Assembly: GCA_964642015.1 (NCBI GenBank)
Contig: CAZXLF010000005.1
Location: 1 to 61,854 of the forward strand
DNA length: 61,854 bases
Source: an uncultured Planctomycetia bacterium
Lineage (GTDB): Bacteria; Omnitrophota; Gorgyraeia; 2-02-FULL-51-18
Direction: 5' to 3'
This document shows, one piece after another, positions 37,182 to 47,677 of the stretch. The position numbers were made by a program, and so were the translations under genes. The notes under the pieces are model-generated. The model ran no database searches. It had not been told where the DNA came from and saw only the letters and a program-made list of their open reading frames with translations. Position 1 is the first letter of the stretch. Each line of letters opens with the position of its first letter.

Positions 37182-37810
37182 CAGATATCGGGTATTTCCG
37201 GCAAGCCATAATGTTTTACTTCAAAACCTGATTTCATCGTGCTCATTCCTTCGGACTCTGTCACCTTTCCGCTGCCGGTCTTGGTCGAAACAGCGGCGGC
37301 CACCAAATAAACATTCGCAGGAATAATCCCCGCTCCGGTCATTTCGGTACCGCTGTTCGTATAATATCTGAAGAAATTGGTTTCCAGCGGATCCACTGTG
37401 ATCCCCGAACTTGAAGTAAGGTAATAAGGGATATTCACCGCCGAGCCGCCGTCTACGGAACGAGTTACCGTGTGCGATACTGCGTTATAGTTTATCACAA
37501 CCGTATGTGCGGACGAACCCGAGCCTGTATAAGTATAGGTCAGCGAGGTGGCGTTAGCTGCGGGTATTGTTTCCGCGAACCGTGCGCCTTTGGCAAAATT
37601 GTCGCCCTCAATGATCGTATCAAGAAGATCAGAAGCGGCATTGTATACTCCGATCCTCTGCGGAAGAAAGAAAAAAAGATTGATCTGAGGTACAGCCAAC
37701 ATCACAAAAGCGGACGCCAATATTCCAGCGATCACCAGCGTAATGATCATCTCAATCAATGTAAAACCCGTATCGGATTTACAACCGCATTTCTCAAATG
37801 ATCGGTTCAA
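37181..37810 (-). CDS. Minor pilin/pseudopilin
   Basis: TG|FTLIEMII class III signal. Confidence 0.85.
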   Translation of the reverse strand: MNRSFEKCGCKSDTGFTLIEMIITLVIAGILASAFVMLAVPQINLFFFLPQRIGVYNAASDLLDTIIEGDNFAKGARFAETIPAANATSLTYTYTGSGSSAHTVVINYNAVSHTVTRSVDGGSAVNIPYYLTSSSGITVDPLETNFFRYYTNSGTEMTGAGIIPANVYLVAAAVSTKTGSGKVTESEGMSTMKSGFEVKHYGLPEIPDI

Positions 37811-38217
37811 ACGCCGTCTCCAAATGTAGTATTACTTTCACGATAAGTCGTAAGCTGAATAAGCGGATTGGCAAATGTGCCGCCAGTGTGATCAACCTTG
37901 ATGTCAATCCGCCTCAGGGTGACCGGGTTCGGAGCTCCGGTGTTTACCAGCGTCACTACGCGCTGCAACGCGAGTCCGGGAAAACTCGGTTCGCCAGTAA
38001 GCGTTGTCGTGCCGACAGGCAAAGACGCATAAGTGGTATTATTCATTTCTGCCATTTTAAGTCTGGCAAGATCCAGCGCCTCAAGAAAGTCCCGCATTTG
38101 TGAGCCATTGCTCACCTGCTGGGCTGTAAATAAAGTGATGCCCAAAACTAAAAGAGAGCCCACCGCAACAACCAGGATCAATTCAACGATGGTAAATCCT
38201 CGAGCACGATTTTTCAT
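37807..38217 (-). CDS. Minor pilin/pseudopilin
   Basis: RG|FTIVELIL class III signal. Confidence 0.85.
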   Translation of the reverse strand: MKNRARGFTIVELILVVAVGSLLVLGITLFTAQQVSNGSQMRDFLEALDLARLKMAEMNNTTYASLPVGTTTLTGEPSFPGLALQRVVTLVNTGAPNPVTLRRIDIKVDHTGGTFANPLIQLTTYRESNTTFGDGV

Positions 38218-39071
38218 GGAATATTTTTATCCACTTCCTGCCAATCCATGATTTCCACATTCGCGCCGCTCGCCGGTGAACCTGAACAAGTCGCCTTGAT
38301 CGTCTTCAATATCGGAAAACCTTCCTTACCGCTTGTCTGAGCGACTTGCCCTGTTGAAGTCACGCAAAATGTATGCATTAAAGGACGGCCGGTATTATTT
38401 TGTGCGCCATTCCAAAATAAAACGTTATGCGTGACAGAATCCTTAGTGGCGCTGTCATCGTTAAAAGTCCATTGAGCATGGATCGTGATACTGCCGGTGT
38501 TTGTCGGATTGCCGGACCATGTAAAACGCGTGTTGTTCCCTGACCAATTCCCGCCGGAAGCCAACGCAGTCGGTGTGAGTGCGATCAAAGCGCCATTGGC
38601 GAAACTGCCGCTTGCGACGACCGTATTATTCAAGCGAACTTCGGTAAGCGTAACTCCCGGCGATGCGGGATTCCAGCTCACTACAACTGATTTTATGGTT
38701 ATTGCGTTTGCACTATGAATATTGGCGATCTGCCAGCGTCTTAACACTGTATTCGCTACTTGCCAATCGCTCTGATCCAGAGCAAAATACGCAAAATTCG
38801 CCTGACAGCCGGTTTTGAATATCTGATTGCCTGTGACCGTCGTATTCAATTCGGCGTATCTTCTGTTAGTTTCATTATTGTTTGAAGCAAGCCAGTTATG
38901 GATCGCGTTCATCACGCCGGCTTGGGCCAGATAATGCGCTTTGACTTTGTCAATGCGAAGCTGCATCGCATTGACTCCGTTCGTTAGGACCAAGGTAGTT
39001 CCGACGAACAAAAGACCGAAGACCGCGATCAGCATGATAAGAATTACAAGTCCGGATCCCTTGCGATTCAA
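38214..39071 (-). CDS. PilX/GspK-like minor pilin
   Basis: RKG|SGLVILI lacking Glu5; KAHYLAQAGV. Confidence 0.7.
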   Translation of the reverse strand: MNRKGSGLVILIMLIAVFGLLFVGTTLVLTNGVNAMQLRIDKVKAHYLAQAGVMNAIHNWLASNNNETNRRYAELNTTVTGNQIFKTGCQANFAYFALDQSDWQVANTVLRRWQIANIHSANAITIKSVVVSWNPASPGVTLTEVRLNNTVVASGSFANGALIALTPTALASGGNWSGNNTRFTWSGNPTNTGSITIHAQWTFNDDSATKDSVTHNVLFWNGAQNNTGRPLMHTFCVTSTGQVAQTSGKEGFPILKTIKATCSGSPASGANVEIMDWQEVDKNIP

Positions 39072-40777
39072 ATCGTTCCCGCTTCTTCCGATGTGAGTTT
39101 GAGGACTTCTTCCAGCGATGTGATCCCTTTTTCGGCTTTTCGAATACCGTCCATCCGCATCGTGACCATGCCGTTCTTTTGCGCTTCCTGCTTGATCTGA
39201 TCTGCGGAGGCTCTTGCCAATATCAATTTACGTATCGAATCATCGATCGGCAGAAACTCAAAAATACCGGTCCTTTTGTCATAACCAGTATTATTGCAGT
39301 TCGGGCATCCTTTGCCCCGGTAAAATACAGAATCCGATCGTTTAGCACCGAATTTTTTCAGAAGTTCCGGATCTACTGTGTATTTTTCTTTGCATTTAGA
39401 ACAGATCGTTCGCGCCAGCCGCTGCGCCAAAACACCGACCAGAGCGCTTGAAACCAAAAAGGGTTCGATCTGCATATCCAGTAAACGCGCTACCGCGCCG
39501 GCTGCGTCGTTGGTGTGAACTGTCGAGAAAACAAGATGCCCTGTCAGAGCTGCCTGGACCGCCACATCTGCCGTTTCGGAATCACGGACCTCACCTACCA
39601 AGATCACGTCGGGATCCTGGCGCAGAATACTTCTCAAACCACTGGCGAACGTCAGACCCGCTTTCACATTAACCTGCGTCTGCCGGACAAGTTCCAGCTG
39701 ATACTCGACTGGATCTTCGATCGTGATGATATTTTTGTCCACCGTATTAATGGTGTTCAGGATCGAATAAAGCGTCGTCGTTTTTCCTGATCCAGTCGGT
39801 CCGGTCACCAGGACCATTCCAAAAGGTTTGTGGATCAGCGGTTCGATCTTGGAGATCAATTCGTTATCAAAACCGAGTTCCGATAAGCCCAAGATCAATT
39901 TGGACTGCTCAAGAAGTCGCATCACGATATTTTCACCATGCATGGTCGGGAACGTAGAAACACGGATGTCCAATTCACGGTTGTTGATCTTAAGGCGTAT
40001 TTTTCCGTCCTGCGGTTTTCGAGTCTCGGCAATATCAAGTTTGGCTAAGATCTTAATTCTTGAAGCGACCGCTGTGTGAAGATTTTGAGGGATCGTAGCA
40101 GCTTCATGAAGCACGCCGTCGACGCGGTTCCGTATCCTCACATGATGCTCTTCCGGTTCAATATGAATGTCGCTGGCTCTTTCTTCAAGCGCCTGCATGA
40201 TCATCATATTCACAAGTTTTATGACAGGCGCTTCTTCAGCGACCTTACCGATCTCCTCGACCGACCGTTTTGTCAAAGAATTCGATGCGGCTCTCGAAGA
40301 CAAGGTCCTATCCACGGATTTAGCCGCATCTTGAAGACTTTTCGCGACACCGTAATACTGATCGATCGCTTTTTTAATGCTGTTCTTTGTGCCCAACACA
40401 ATATTGATCTCCAAACCGGTGATATTCCTTACATCATCCATCGCCAGAATATTCAAAGGGTCCGCCGTAACGATCGTCAGATCGCTCCCTACCTTAAATA
40501 CAGGCATGATCAGATAATTACGGGCAACTTTTTCAGGCACCAATCCCACGATCTGCGGATCGATCAAATATTCTTCCAATTCGATCAAAGGGATGCCCAA
40601 AATATCTGCTTCAACCTGTACGATGTCCGGCTCACGCATCAGGTCCATACGGAGAAGGCATTCTTTCAGAGAAGTTTTTGTCTTGAGGATTTCCGCGTCT
40701 ATTTTTTTCGCTTGTTCGCTAGAAAGAAGGCTGCGGGTGATGAGTTCGTTCTTCAGCTTCTCATCTTGCGGTTTCAT
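39068..40777 (-). CDS. pilB: Pilus extension ATPase PilB/GspE
   Basis: DIHIEP, GPTGSGKTTTLY, TIEDPVEY, LRQDPDVILVGEVRD, TVHTND, tetra-Cys motif. Confidence 0.93.
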   Translation of the reverse strand: MKPQDEKLKNELITRSLLSSEQAKKIDAEILKTKTSLKECLLRMDLMREPDIVQVEADILGIPLIELEEYLIDPQIVGLVPEKVARNYLIMPVFKVGSDLTIVTADPLNILAMDDVRNITGLEINIVLGTKNSIKKAIDQYYGVAKSLQDAAKSVDRTLSSRAASNSLTKRSVEEIGKVAEEAPVIKLVNMMIMQALEERASDIHIEPEEHHVRIRNRVDGVLHEAATIPQNLHTAVASRIKILAKLDIAETRKPQDGKIRLKINNRELDIRVSTFPTMHGENIVMRLLEQSKLILGLSELGFDNELISKIEPLIHKPFGMVLVTGPTGSGKTTTLYSILNTINTVDKNIITIEDPVEYQLELVRQTQVNVKAGLTFASGLRSILRQDPDVILVGEVRDSETADVAVQAALTGHLVFSTVHTNDAAGAVARLLDMQIEPFLVSSALVGVLAQRLARTICSKCKEKYTVDPELLKKFGAKRSDSVFYRGKGCPNCNNTGYDKRTGIFEFLPIDDSIRKLILARASADQIKQEAQKNGMVTMRMDGIRKAEKGITSLEEVLKLTSEEAGTI

Positions 40778-40786
40778 AGGAAATGG

Positions 40787-41212
40787 CTATTTAGAAGGGA
40801 AAATGATTCTTTTATCGCCACGGCGCTCCTGAGTATCTAGGAATTCATGTATAAGACCGTTGTCTTCGCTTGATAATTTTTCAAATTGAACGCCCACGCG
40901 ATATTTTCGGCTGGAAAGTTGTTTGCATATCTTCACAGTGCCGATAATCTTTGTATACAACCTTTTTTTAGATTCGACCTTGTTCACGCGTAATCGATTC
41001 CGGTCCAAAAAAACATCAAGCTTCACACCGACAGGCAAAAAGTAAGGGCTTTCGAGACCACAGCCGCCCAGACTAAGGTCGAGCAGTTTGCACCATATAT
41101 TTTTCTCTTTTAAATGTATCTCTTTTTTTGAAGACCGGTGTAGACGGATGATGCTCTGCAATTCGATCAAAACGCGGAACGATCGGCGGCTATTCCAAAT
41201 AAAATTACCCAT
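40787..41212 (-). CDS. PilZ domain protein
   Basis: RRSFR (RxxxR) and DLSLGG (DxSxxG) c-di-GMP-binding motifs. Confidence 0.85.
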   Translation of the reverse strand: MGNFIWNSRRSFRVLIELQSIIRLHRSSKKEIHLKEKNIWCKLLDLSLGGCGLESPYFLPVGVKLDVFLDRNRLRVNKVESKKRLYTKIIGTVKICKQLSSRKYRVGVQFEKLSSEDNGLIHEFLDTQERRGDKRIIFPSK

Positions 41213-41294
41213 TCAACCCTCTCTACAAAAAATGTGCCCGATAAATCGTTAATAATTTATGCTTGTTTTATCCGCATTTCAAGCTAATTTCAGT

Positions 41295-42596
41295 TCAGAG
41301 ATCGCAGACTAAAAGAGTAATGTCATCATCCGGCTTCTCCGGTCGGCACCACATCTCTACTTCTCTGACAATGCGTGTAGTACTTTCAGACAATGCTAAT
41401 CTCCGGGATTTTCTGAAAATATCCATGAGCCGCTCTTCACCGAACAAATCTCTCTTTTTATTTTTTGCCTCAGTCAGGCCGTCGGAATAAAGATAAAGCC
41501 GATCTCCAGGTTTTAGTTTTAAACATAATTCCGAATATTCAAAATCTTGCGCAACCCCGATCGGCAAGCCGGAACCTTCAACCATGCGGGATTGTCCATC
41601 ACCGGATACAACAACAGGCAGCGGATGCCCTGCGCAGATGTAACAAAATTCGCGCGATTCAACGTTCATCACGCCGTACAACAATGTGAATAATTGCACA
41701 AGATCCGGATTGGAACAAAAATGGCGGTTCAATTTCTCAGCGACCTCCGCTGGGCGGGCTAAGGCCATTTTATCCGGCCCATTGGTAAAATTTCTCACAA
41801 AGGACGCGTCGGAATACGGAGATAAAAAATGGCTCACCGCAACGGACAAAAGCGAAGCTGCCAAACCATGCCCCGTAACGTCTAATACATAAAGGCCTAC
41901 GTGTTTTTCGTCCAAAGAAAAAATATTCAATATGTCCCCGCCCAATTCGTCGCATGGATTAAAAGCCCACGAGGACCGAAGGCCTTTGACCAGCGGTGAT
42001 GAGATCGGAAGCATCGCTTTTTGTATAGCCGACGCAGCTTCGAGGTCTTTTTTCATTTTCTCATTTGCGCTCCGCAGACGCTCCTCTTTTTGTTTAAGCT
42101 CGGTAAGATCATGCCACACAGCTATCAGGGCGGGTTTACCATCGATCTCAATGGAATTTAACGTCACCTGGACCGGAAATACTTCCCCATCTACTTTTTG
42201 ATGCATCCATTCAAAACGGTGATAACCATTTTTTCTGGCTAAAGCATCCATCTTGGCCGCTTTTTCTACTGAAAGCTGTCCGTCCGGTTGGCGCAAAGGT
42301 GAAAGTTGCGCAGGGTGGATTTTCAAAACCTCTTTTTTGGATGAGCATTTCAAAAGCCTGATCGTTGCGTCATTACAATCAGTAATAACGTCATCCATAG
42401 CTATCAGATGCGCGTCTGAGGAATGCTCGAATAGAAGACGAAACCGATCGGACGGCATATGATCAATCGGTTTGGCGGCCGGTTTTTTCGTCAGCATAAT
42501 GGCAGATGAAGTAGGGATGTCAGAGCGGTCAGCGCTTCGCGTCTTCTTGGCTTGATACAGAAGGTGAAGACGATTGAGATTGTTGATGCTGGCCAA
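41295..42596 (-). CDS. PAS-SpoIIE (RsbU-like) Ser phosphatase
   Basis: PAS domain, coiled coil, GGDI, DVTGHG, CAGHP, LYSDGLTE, DDITL; true start may be ATG 42497. Confidence 0.9.
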   Translation of the reverse strand: MASINNLNRLHLLYQAKKTRSADRSDIPTSSAIMLTKKPAAKPIDHMPSDRFRLLFEHSSDAHLIAMDDVITDCNDATIRLLKCSSKKEVLKIHPAQLSPLRQPDGQLSVEKAAKMDALARKNGYHRFEWMHQKVDGEVFPVQVTLNSIEIDGKPALIAVWHDLTELKQKEERLRSANEKMKKDLEAASAIQKAMLPISSPLVKGLRSSWAFNPCDELGGDILNIFSLDEKHVGLYVLDVTGHGLAASLLSVAVSHFLSPYSDASFVRNFTNGPDKMALARPAEVAEKLNRHFCSNPDLVQLFTLLYGVMNVESREFCYICAGHPLPVVVSGDGQSRMVEGSGLPIGVAQDFEYSELCLKLKPGDRLYLYSDGLTEAKNKKRDLFGEERLMDIFRKSRRLALSESTTRIVREVEMWCRPEKPDDDITLLVCDL

Positions 42597-43113
42597 AAAG
42601 ATCCATCAAAAGTCCGCCCGCGATGCCGGCACCCGCACCGATCAAAGCGCCTTTACCGGCTTTTCCACCGGAAGCTCCTGATGCAACAGCACCTGTGATC
42701 GCCCCGGTCAGACCATTACGGATGATCTTCTGCCCTGTCGGACTTTTCAACGCATCCATCAGCGATGGAGAAGAAGGGTTTTGCGCAGATTGGACGGTTT
42801 GAGCGGTTTGTAATTTCGTAATAGAATCCGCGCGCCATACTCCATCGTTTTGTTGGCGCACATCCACGCTGATTGCATCCTGCTTTTTAAGAAGTGAAAC
42901 AACGCCGACACCTTTCAATTGGGTATGCCTATCCGCCTTTAAATGAAGGATATTAGGATAAGGATGGCCTTGTGCATCATATACGATCATATCAAGTGAG
43001 CTCGGACTTGTCGCCGCGACCCTGCCTTGCACTGTATCCGCAAAAGCAATATGAGAAAAGGCTAAGAGCATAAAAACGGATAACGCGCTTACTCGTGTCC
43101 TATTTTTCGACAT
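42529..43113 (-). CDS. Secreted hypothetical protein with an OB-like domain and C-terminal glycine zipper
   Basis: Signal peptide; GLTGAITGAVASG..GALIGAGAGIAGG. Confidence 0.65.
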   Translation of the reverse strand: MSKNRTRVSALSVFMLLAFSHIAFADTVQGRVAATSPSSLDMIVYDAQGHPYPNILHLKADRHTQLKGVGVVSLLKKQDAISVDVRQQNDGVWRADSITKLQTAQTVQSAQNPSSPSLMDALKSPTGQKIIRNGLTGAITGAVASGASGGKAGKGALIGAGAGIAGGLLMDLFGQHQQSQSSSPSVSSQEDAKR

Positions 43114-43135
43114 AATCGCTTCCCCCTTTAGAAGT

Positions 43136-43654
43136 TCAGGATTTCAGTTGCTCTGAAAAAAATGAGTACAAATAAAAACCTTGCCACAAACCAATAGTTA
43201 AAAAGAGGAAATTAATTTGAAATCCCCATTTCCAAGCATCATTCGCCAAAGAGAACGCCGCTACGCAATAATAAGACAAAATAAGAAGAGGCATCGTTCG
43301 AAATAATATTTTAGTTCCGGTTTTCAGTAAAAATTTATGCGCCAAAGGCAGGAGGATGCTGCCGGTAATCACTGCGATAGGTAAAGATCCAAAAAATGAA
43401 TCCGTAAAATCAGAACCGTGATTCCAATTCTGAGACGAAACAAAGAAAACCAAAGCGTAAATCATCGTAGATGAGATCAGGAAAGCGACATGTTTGACCG
43501 CGGCGAAATTCCGAAAATTCCTTGAATCCCAGCAGATGACCGCAAGACCAAAAACAGGTCCGATGACCCAATAGCTATTGGCATACTTGCAGGATATAAA
43601 AACACTGCTGGCATAGATCAAAAAACGAGCGACTTGTTCAAGCATATCTAACAC
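43136..43654 (-). CDS. Hypothetical membrane protein
   Basis: About 5 hydrophobic segments. Confidence 0.6.
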   Translation of the reverse strand: MLDMLEQVARFLIYASSVFISCKYANSYWVIGPVFGLAVICWDSRNFRNFAAVKHVAFLISSTMIYALVFFVSSQNWNHGSDFTDSFFGSLPIAVITGSILLPLAHKFLLKTGTKILFRTMPLLILSYYCVAAFSLANDAWKWGFQINFLFLTIGLWQGFYLYSFFSEQLKS

Positions 43655-43655
43655 C

Positions 43656-44015
43656 TTAAATTGTTTTAATGATCTCTATATCGTGCTTTTTTATCAATTT
43701 ATCCATAATAACCCTGGAACCTGGTTCGGTCTTATAGACGATCGAAGGAAGAACCACAGAAATGGCTGCCGCGGGCATGTCAGGTTTCTGAGCAAAAAGG
43801 TCGTTGATATCTTTCAGGTATTCACTTGCGGTTTTGCTCAAAGGCACGTTCTGGTCCTGCAATTGATTCATCGCCATTTGAACAAATTCCATGCGATCGT
43901 TATCGCGGATCGCAAACCACTCTTTGCTTGTCATCCGGTCAGGATCGGCAAGAAGAGGATTTAAACTCAAGGTTGCCATGACTAACGTAAGAAAAAATAG
44001 CTGCTTCAGCTTCAT
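43656..44015 (-). CDS. Secreted hypothetical protein
   Basis: Signal peptide; 119 aa. Confidence 0.6.
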   Translation of the reverse strand: MKLKQLFFLTLVMATLSLNPLLADPDRMTSKEWFAIRDNDRMEFVQMAMNQLQDQNVPLSKTASEYLKDINDLFAQKPDMPAAAISVVLPSIVYKTEPGSRVIMDKLIKKHDIEIIKTI

Positions 44016-44087
44016 GTGCTCATTCTAACGCTTAAATTCACCGGGCGTCAATTAAACAAAAAGAAGGGGGGTTTTAATGCGTTATCT

Positions 44088-44426
44088 TTACGCGCTTGAG
44101 TCGACAGCGCGGGAGGAATGATACGCTGATGCTATCTTTTTATCTATGCGGTCCTGGAGGTCCATGATGTCGTTCCTGGAGATAATCTGCCGAACATTAT
44201 AAAAAGCAAGGTTCTGCGGTCTATGAGTATCCCAACCGGCTTCAACCATGCCCTGCTCAAAAGCAGATTGTTTCTTACTTAAAATAAAGGGCGTTAAAAG
44301 TTTATTATTAGATCCCGCTGAAAGATAAGCTCCGTCTTGGATGCTCGCTTGATCGGCACTGATAATTGTCGCGAAGAACAGAGCTGATACTGAAAACACC
44401 ATGAGGATGGGTAATTTCCGTATCAT
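44088..44426 (-). CDS. Secreted hypothetical protein
   Basis: Signal peptide; 112 aa. Confidence 0.5.
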   Translation of the reverse strand: MIRKLPILMVFSVSALFFATIISADQASIQDGAYLSAGSNNKLLTPFILSKKQSAFEQGMVEAGWDTHRPQNLAFYNVRQIISRNDIMDLQDRIDKKIASAYHSSRAVDSSA

Positions 44427-44493
44427 GAAGCAGAGTTATTATACTATATCGAACCACGATATTCCAGAGCCTGCGAATAATAGGGGTGCAGAG

Positions 44494-44991
44494 CTATTTC
44501 GTCTGTTTCACTAAACTATTCTGCAGACCAGTAGCAACCATCGCCAGAAGTATAGAGGCACCAAAATAATAAATACCGACTTCCGCTTTAGCGCTGGCCA
44601 AGGCGCCTAATTTCACAGAAACGATCACAATGGCTACCACAAAAACATCCAACATCGACCATTTACCTAGGAATTCCAAACAAGAGAGGATCCATTTTCT
44701 TTGGCGTTCTGTCATTTTCACGAACCAGATCAGAAGAAGCGCCGCAAGTTTAGTGAACGGAAATATTATTGAAAAAAAGAAAACGATGATGGCCAAAAAA
44801 TGATAGTTCTCTTTCCAAAGGTTCTCGATGCCCGTAATAATAGTAAAAGTGTTTTTCTCCCACAACTTACGCACTGTCAGCACCGGTTCATGAAGCCCCA
44901 GAAAAAGCAGCGCAATAGACGCGATGATCAACAGAAAAATATCGATCCTTTTTGGATGAAGACGCCAGAGAGATGCTTTTTTATCTGCCAT
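44494..44991 (-). CDS. Paraquat-inducible protein A (PqiA)-like, single domain
   Basis: FSIIFPFTKL and LGKWSMLDVFVVAI motifs. Confidence 0.85.
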   Translation of the reverse strand: MADKKASLWRLHPKRIDIFLLIIASIALLFLGLHEPVLTVRKLWEKNTFTIITGIENLWKENYHFLAIIVFFFSIIFPFTKLAALLLIWFVKMTERQRKWILSCLEFLGKWSMLDVFVVAIVIVSVKLGALASAKAEVGIYYFGASILLAMVATGLQNSLVKQTK

Positions 44992-45134
44992 AGGGATAGT
45001 TTCCTATTCCAAAGTTTAATGGTTGGGCGTGATTTAATCAAACAAAAATGGCTCGTTGATTATCTTAGAATGGACATTTTTCACGGCATATTTTATGCTA
45101 TGATATAACAAAACAAAAAATCAGAGGTGACCTT

Positions 45135-45464
45135 ATGAAAAAATATTTCATACCTTGTTTGATTCTTTTTGTAGGCTTGGCATTCGGATACAAAGCACAC
45201 GCGATGGAAAATCCCGATCTTGAGGGTTGGATCGTGAAAATCGATGCGGACAAAAGCATGATCCGGGTGTTAAGCGCTAATCCTGAAGGAAACGAATTAC
45301 AGCATGACAGATCCGTTCTGGTCAAATACGGCTGGATCAATGACTTCAAGATGAATGATTACGTCCAGGTAAAATTCAGGAAGGATCTCAGACACGCCCT
45401 GATGATCGAAAAGACAGAGCCGAAGGTCGGTCAGCAAGCTCAGCCGGCACAACAAGGATCGTGA
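45135..45464 (+). CDS. Small secreted OB-fold-like protein
   Basis: Signal peptide ending AHA; GWIVKIDADKSMIRV; GAGGT SD. Confidence 0.6.
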   Translation: MKKYFIPCLILFVGLAFGYKAHAMENPDLEGWIVKIDADKSMIRVLSANPEGNELQHDRSVLVKYGWINDFKMNDYVQVKFRKDLRHALMIEKTEPKVGQQAQPAQQGS

Positions 45465-46364
45465 TCAGGGATTCTTTTTAAAAGCGGGCTTGATCTGGCG
45501 GTTTTGTTCCTCTAGATCCGAAAGAAGTTTTGCATTCTGAATAGCTTCCGCCATTTCAGAGACGAATTTCGATGCGTTCTCAAGGTCATCTTCTGTGAAA
45601 TTCTGAGAATTCAAATGACGGTTCAAATTCAATACCCCGATCAGCTTGTCCCGGTTAAAAACCGGAACAATCAATGAAGAAGCAATCCTTGGATTGGTCT
45701 GTATCCCTTCAAACTCAGGATAACGTTCAAGATTCCCATTGATCAAAAATTTTCGGTTATTCTTTGCCGCAAGTCCGGCAATGCGTTCGCCGAGCGTCAA
45801 GACCGTCGAATAAAGCATTTCTTCCGATAGACCTTTGCTTGAGGCAATATAAAGGCAATTTGCACTGTCCATCAGCATGAACGAACCACCGTCGGCGTGC
45901 AACGCAGCTAAAAGTCTATTCATCAGGGTCTCAAGCAAATCCTCAAATTTTGCCGACGCCGAAGATCCCTTGCTTACTTCATAAGCTTTTTCCACCAGAA
46001 CAAAAAGATCGGCTAAAGCAATAGGCTTATGCAAAAAGTGATAAGCCCCCTTACGCATCGCATCCATGACGGTATCCACATGTCCTTGCCCGCTGACTAC
46101 GATGATCTGCACACTCGGATCTATTTTATGTATCGCTTCCATGGTCTCAAGCCCATCCATTCCCGGCATTCGTATATCGCTGATGACCACGTGAAATTTT
46201 GAATTTTGGATACATTCTACAGCTTCCGCCCCATTATCAGCGGTCATGACCTTGTAACCCTGGTCAATAAGCTGATCAGCAAGAAACTCTCTGAGCTCCT
46301 GATCATCCTCAATCACAAGGACATAAATGCTTTTGGCATATTTAGATGGCATAAGAAACCTCAA
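45465..46364 (-). CDS. Response regulator (REC) fused to a GAF domain
   Basis: VIEDD, SDIRMPGMDG, HKP; then GSFMLMD..LGERIAG..VPVFNRDKLIGVLNL. Confidence 0.85.
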   Translation of the reverse strand: MRFLMPSKYAKSIYVLVIEDDQELREFLADQLIDQGYKVMTADNGAEAVECIQNSKFHVVISDIRMPGMDGLETMEAIHKIDPSVQIIVVSGQGHVDTVMDAMRKGAYHFLHKPIALADLFVLVEKAYEVSKGSSASAKFEDLLETLMNRLLAALHADGGSFMLMDSANCLYIASSKGLSEEMLYSTVLTLGERIAGLAAKNNRKFLINGNLERYPEFEGIQTNPRIASSLIVPVFNRDKLIGVLNLNRHLNSQNFTEDDLENASKFVSEMAEAIQNAKLLSDLEEQNRQIKPAFKKNP

Positions 46365-46474
46365 TTCAAACTATATACTATACAAAGCTTAAATCAATAA
46401 TCAATTTTAAGTATATTTAATTAATAATAGTTATTACTAGTTAATATTGATTAAAATTATATATTTTGCAGGAA

Positions 46475-47677
46475 TTAAGATCGGTGATTTTCGTGTGAAA
46501 GTAAATTCGTAGATAAAGCGGTAAAAATACCAATGAGAATCCAGAACAAAGTGCGCAGTTGAGTTGATTGCAATAAGGACTCAAAAAGAGCGTTGATCAG
46601 CAGACCCAATACACTTGATAAGACCCCGATTGTAAGAGTTCGATGTTCTGATAAGGTCGAAGAAAATACGGTTTTCAAGGTTCCCAAAAAAAGAGCGGCC
46701 AGAAACAAAAGATAGAAGAAAACGCCTACAAGACCGATCTCCACCGCCATCTGCAAGTAGCTATTATGCGCATACATCAATCCGCGATAACCGACAGGTC
46801 TGAATTTTGGGAAATATTCGGAGTACGTGTTAATACCGAAGCCAAAGAGGGGTTTGGATTTAATCATGGATAGAGAGGTTTTAACCAAAAGTATCCTTTC
46901 GGGAGTACTGCTACTAAAAAGATCCTTTAAACGTGTACTCAGTGGAGATGGAATAAGCCAAGCTAATAAAATCATTAGTATTAATCCGCTGATCGCAAAC
47001 CATCGAAAACGGAAAAATATACAAAAGAAAAAGAGCGAAATAAATACGGATAATATCGCGCTGCGAGATAAGGTGCGGATAAGTACATAGCCAAGTAATA
47101 TGAGCAAAGATGAATAAAGGAAGCCGCTCAGAATTCTCTTATTTGAAAAAGAGTTGAACATCAAAGCAAAAATGACCGCAAAACCCGGCACCAGAAAAGA
47201 GCCGTAGTCATTATAATGTTTAAATGCTCCTGTGATACGTTTTGGCAACTCGGAAGTGGTATATATCGCCGCACGATGATAAACAAAATCGAATCCAATA
47301 ACATCTTGGGATAGCCCTGCGAGAACGGAAAACGAATAAACGCTGATTAATGTAAATATTACCATACGTGCTTCTTCCGCAGTACGGATCACATCCACAG
47401 CTGCGTAAAGAAAAATAAATCCTTCCATGAATTTCCAAGATCCACGCAGTGATACGTTAAAATACCGGCTTATTAAAAGAGAGATCATAAGGCTTAGCAA
47501 CAGAGGAAATAAAAACTTTCCGGATGGAAACCGCGGATGAGGATAGCTCTTATCAAAAGCAAGCTCTAAAAAAAGACCTGTGAGATAAAAAGACAATCCT
47601 ATCGCGCATAAAGTAATAGAAAAAGCGGCACCGGCGATCGCGATCAACAGACCGCACATTTTTATATTCCGGTTCAC
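46475..47677 (-). CDS. O-antigen ligase family protein (WaaL/PglL-like)
   Basis: Multiple TMs; RITGAFKHYN, TLSRSA, PLFGFG, AHNSYLQ. Confidence 0.85.
   Translation of the reverse strand: MNRNIKMCGLLIAIAGAAFSITLCAIGLSFYLTGLFLELAFDKSYPHPRFPSGKFLFPLLLSLMISLLISRYFNVSLRGSWKFMEGFIFLYAAVDVIRTAEEARMVIFTLISVYSFSVLAGLSQDVIGFDFVYHRAAIYTTSELPKRITGAFKHYNDYGSFLVPGFAVIFALMFNSFSNKRILSGFLYSSLLILLGYVLIRTLSRSAILSVFISLFFFCIFFRFRWFAISGLILMILLAWLIPSPLSTRLKDLFSSSTPERILLVKTSLSMIKSKPLFGFGINTYSEYFPKFRPVGYRGLMYAHNSYLQMAVEIGLVGVFFYLLFLAALFLGTLKTVFSSTLSEHRTLTIGVLSSVLGLLINALFESLLQSTQLRTLFWILIGIFTALSTNLLSHENHRS

Noticed and set aside
40076-40840. 254-aa antisense ORF and other + strand ORFs over the pilus cluster
   Set aside because: Shadow frames opposite well-supported genes such as pilB.
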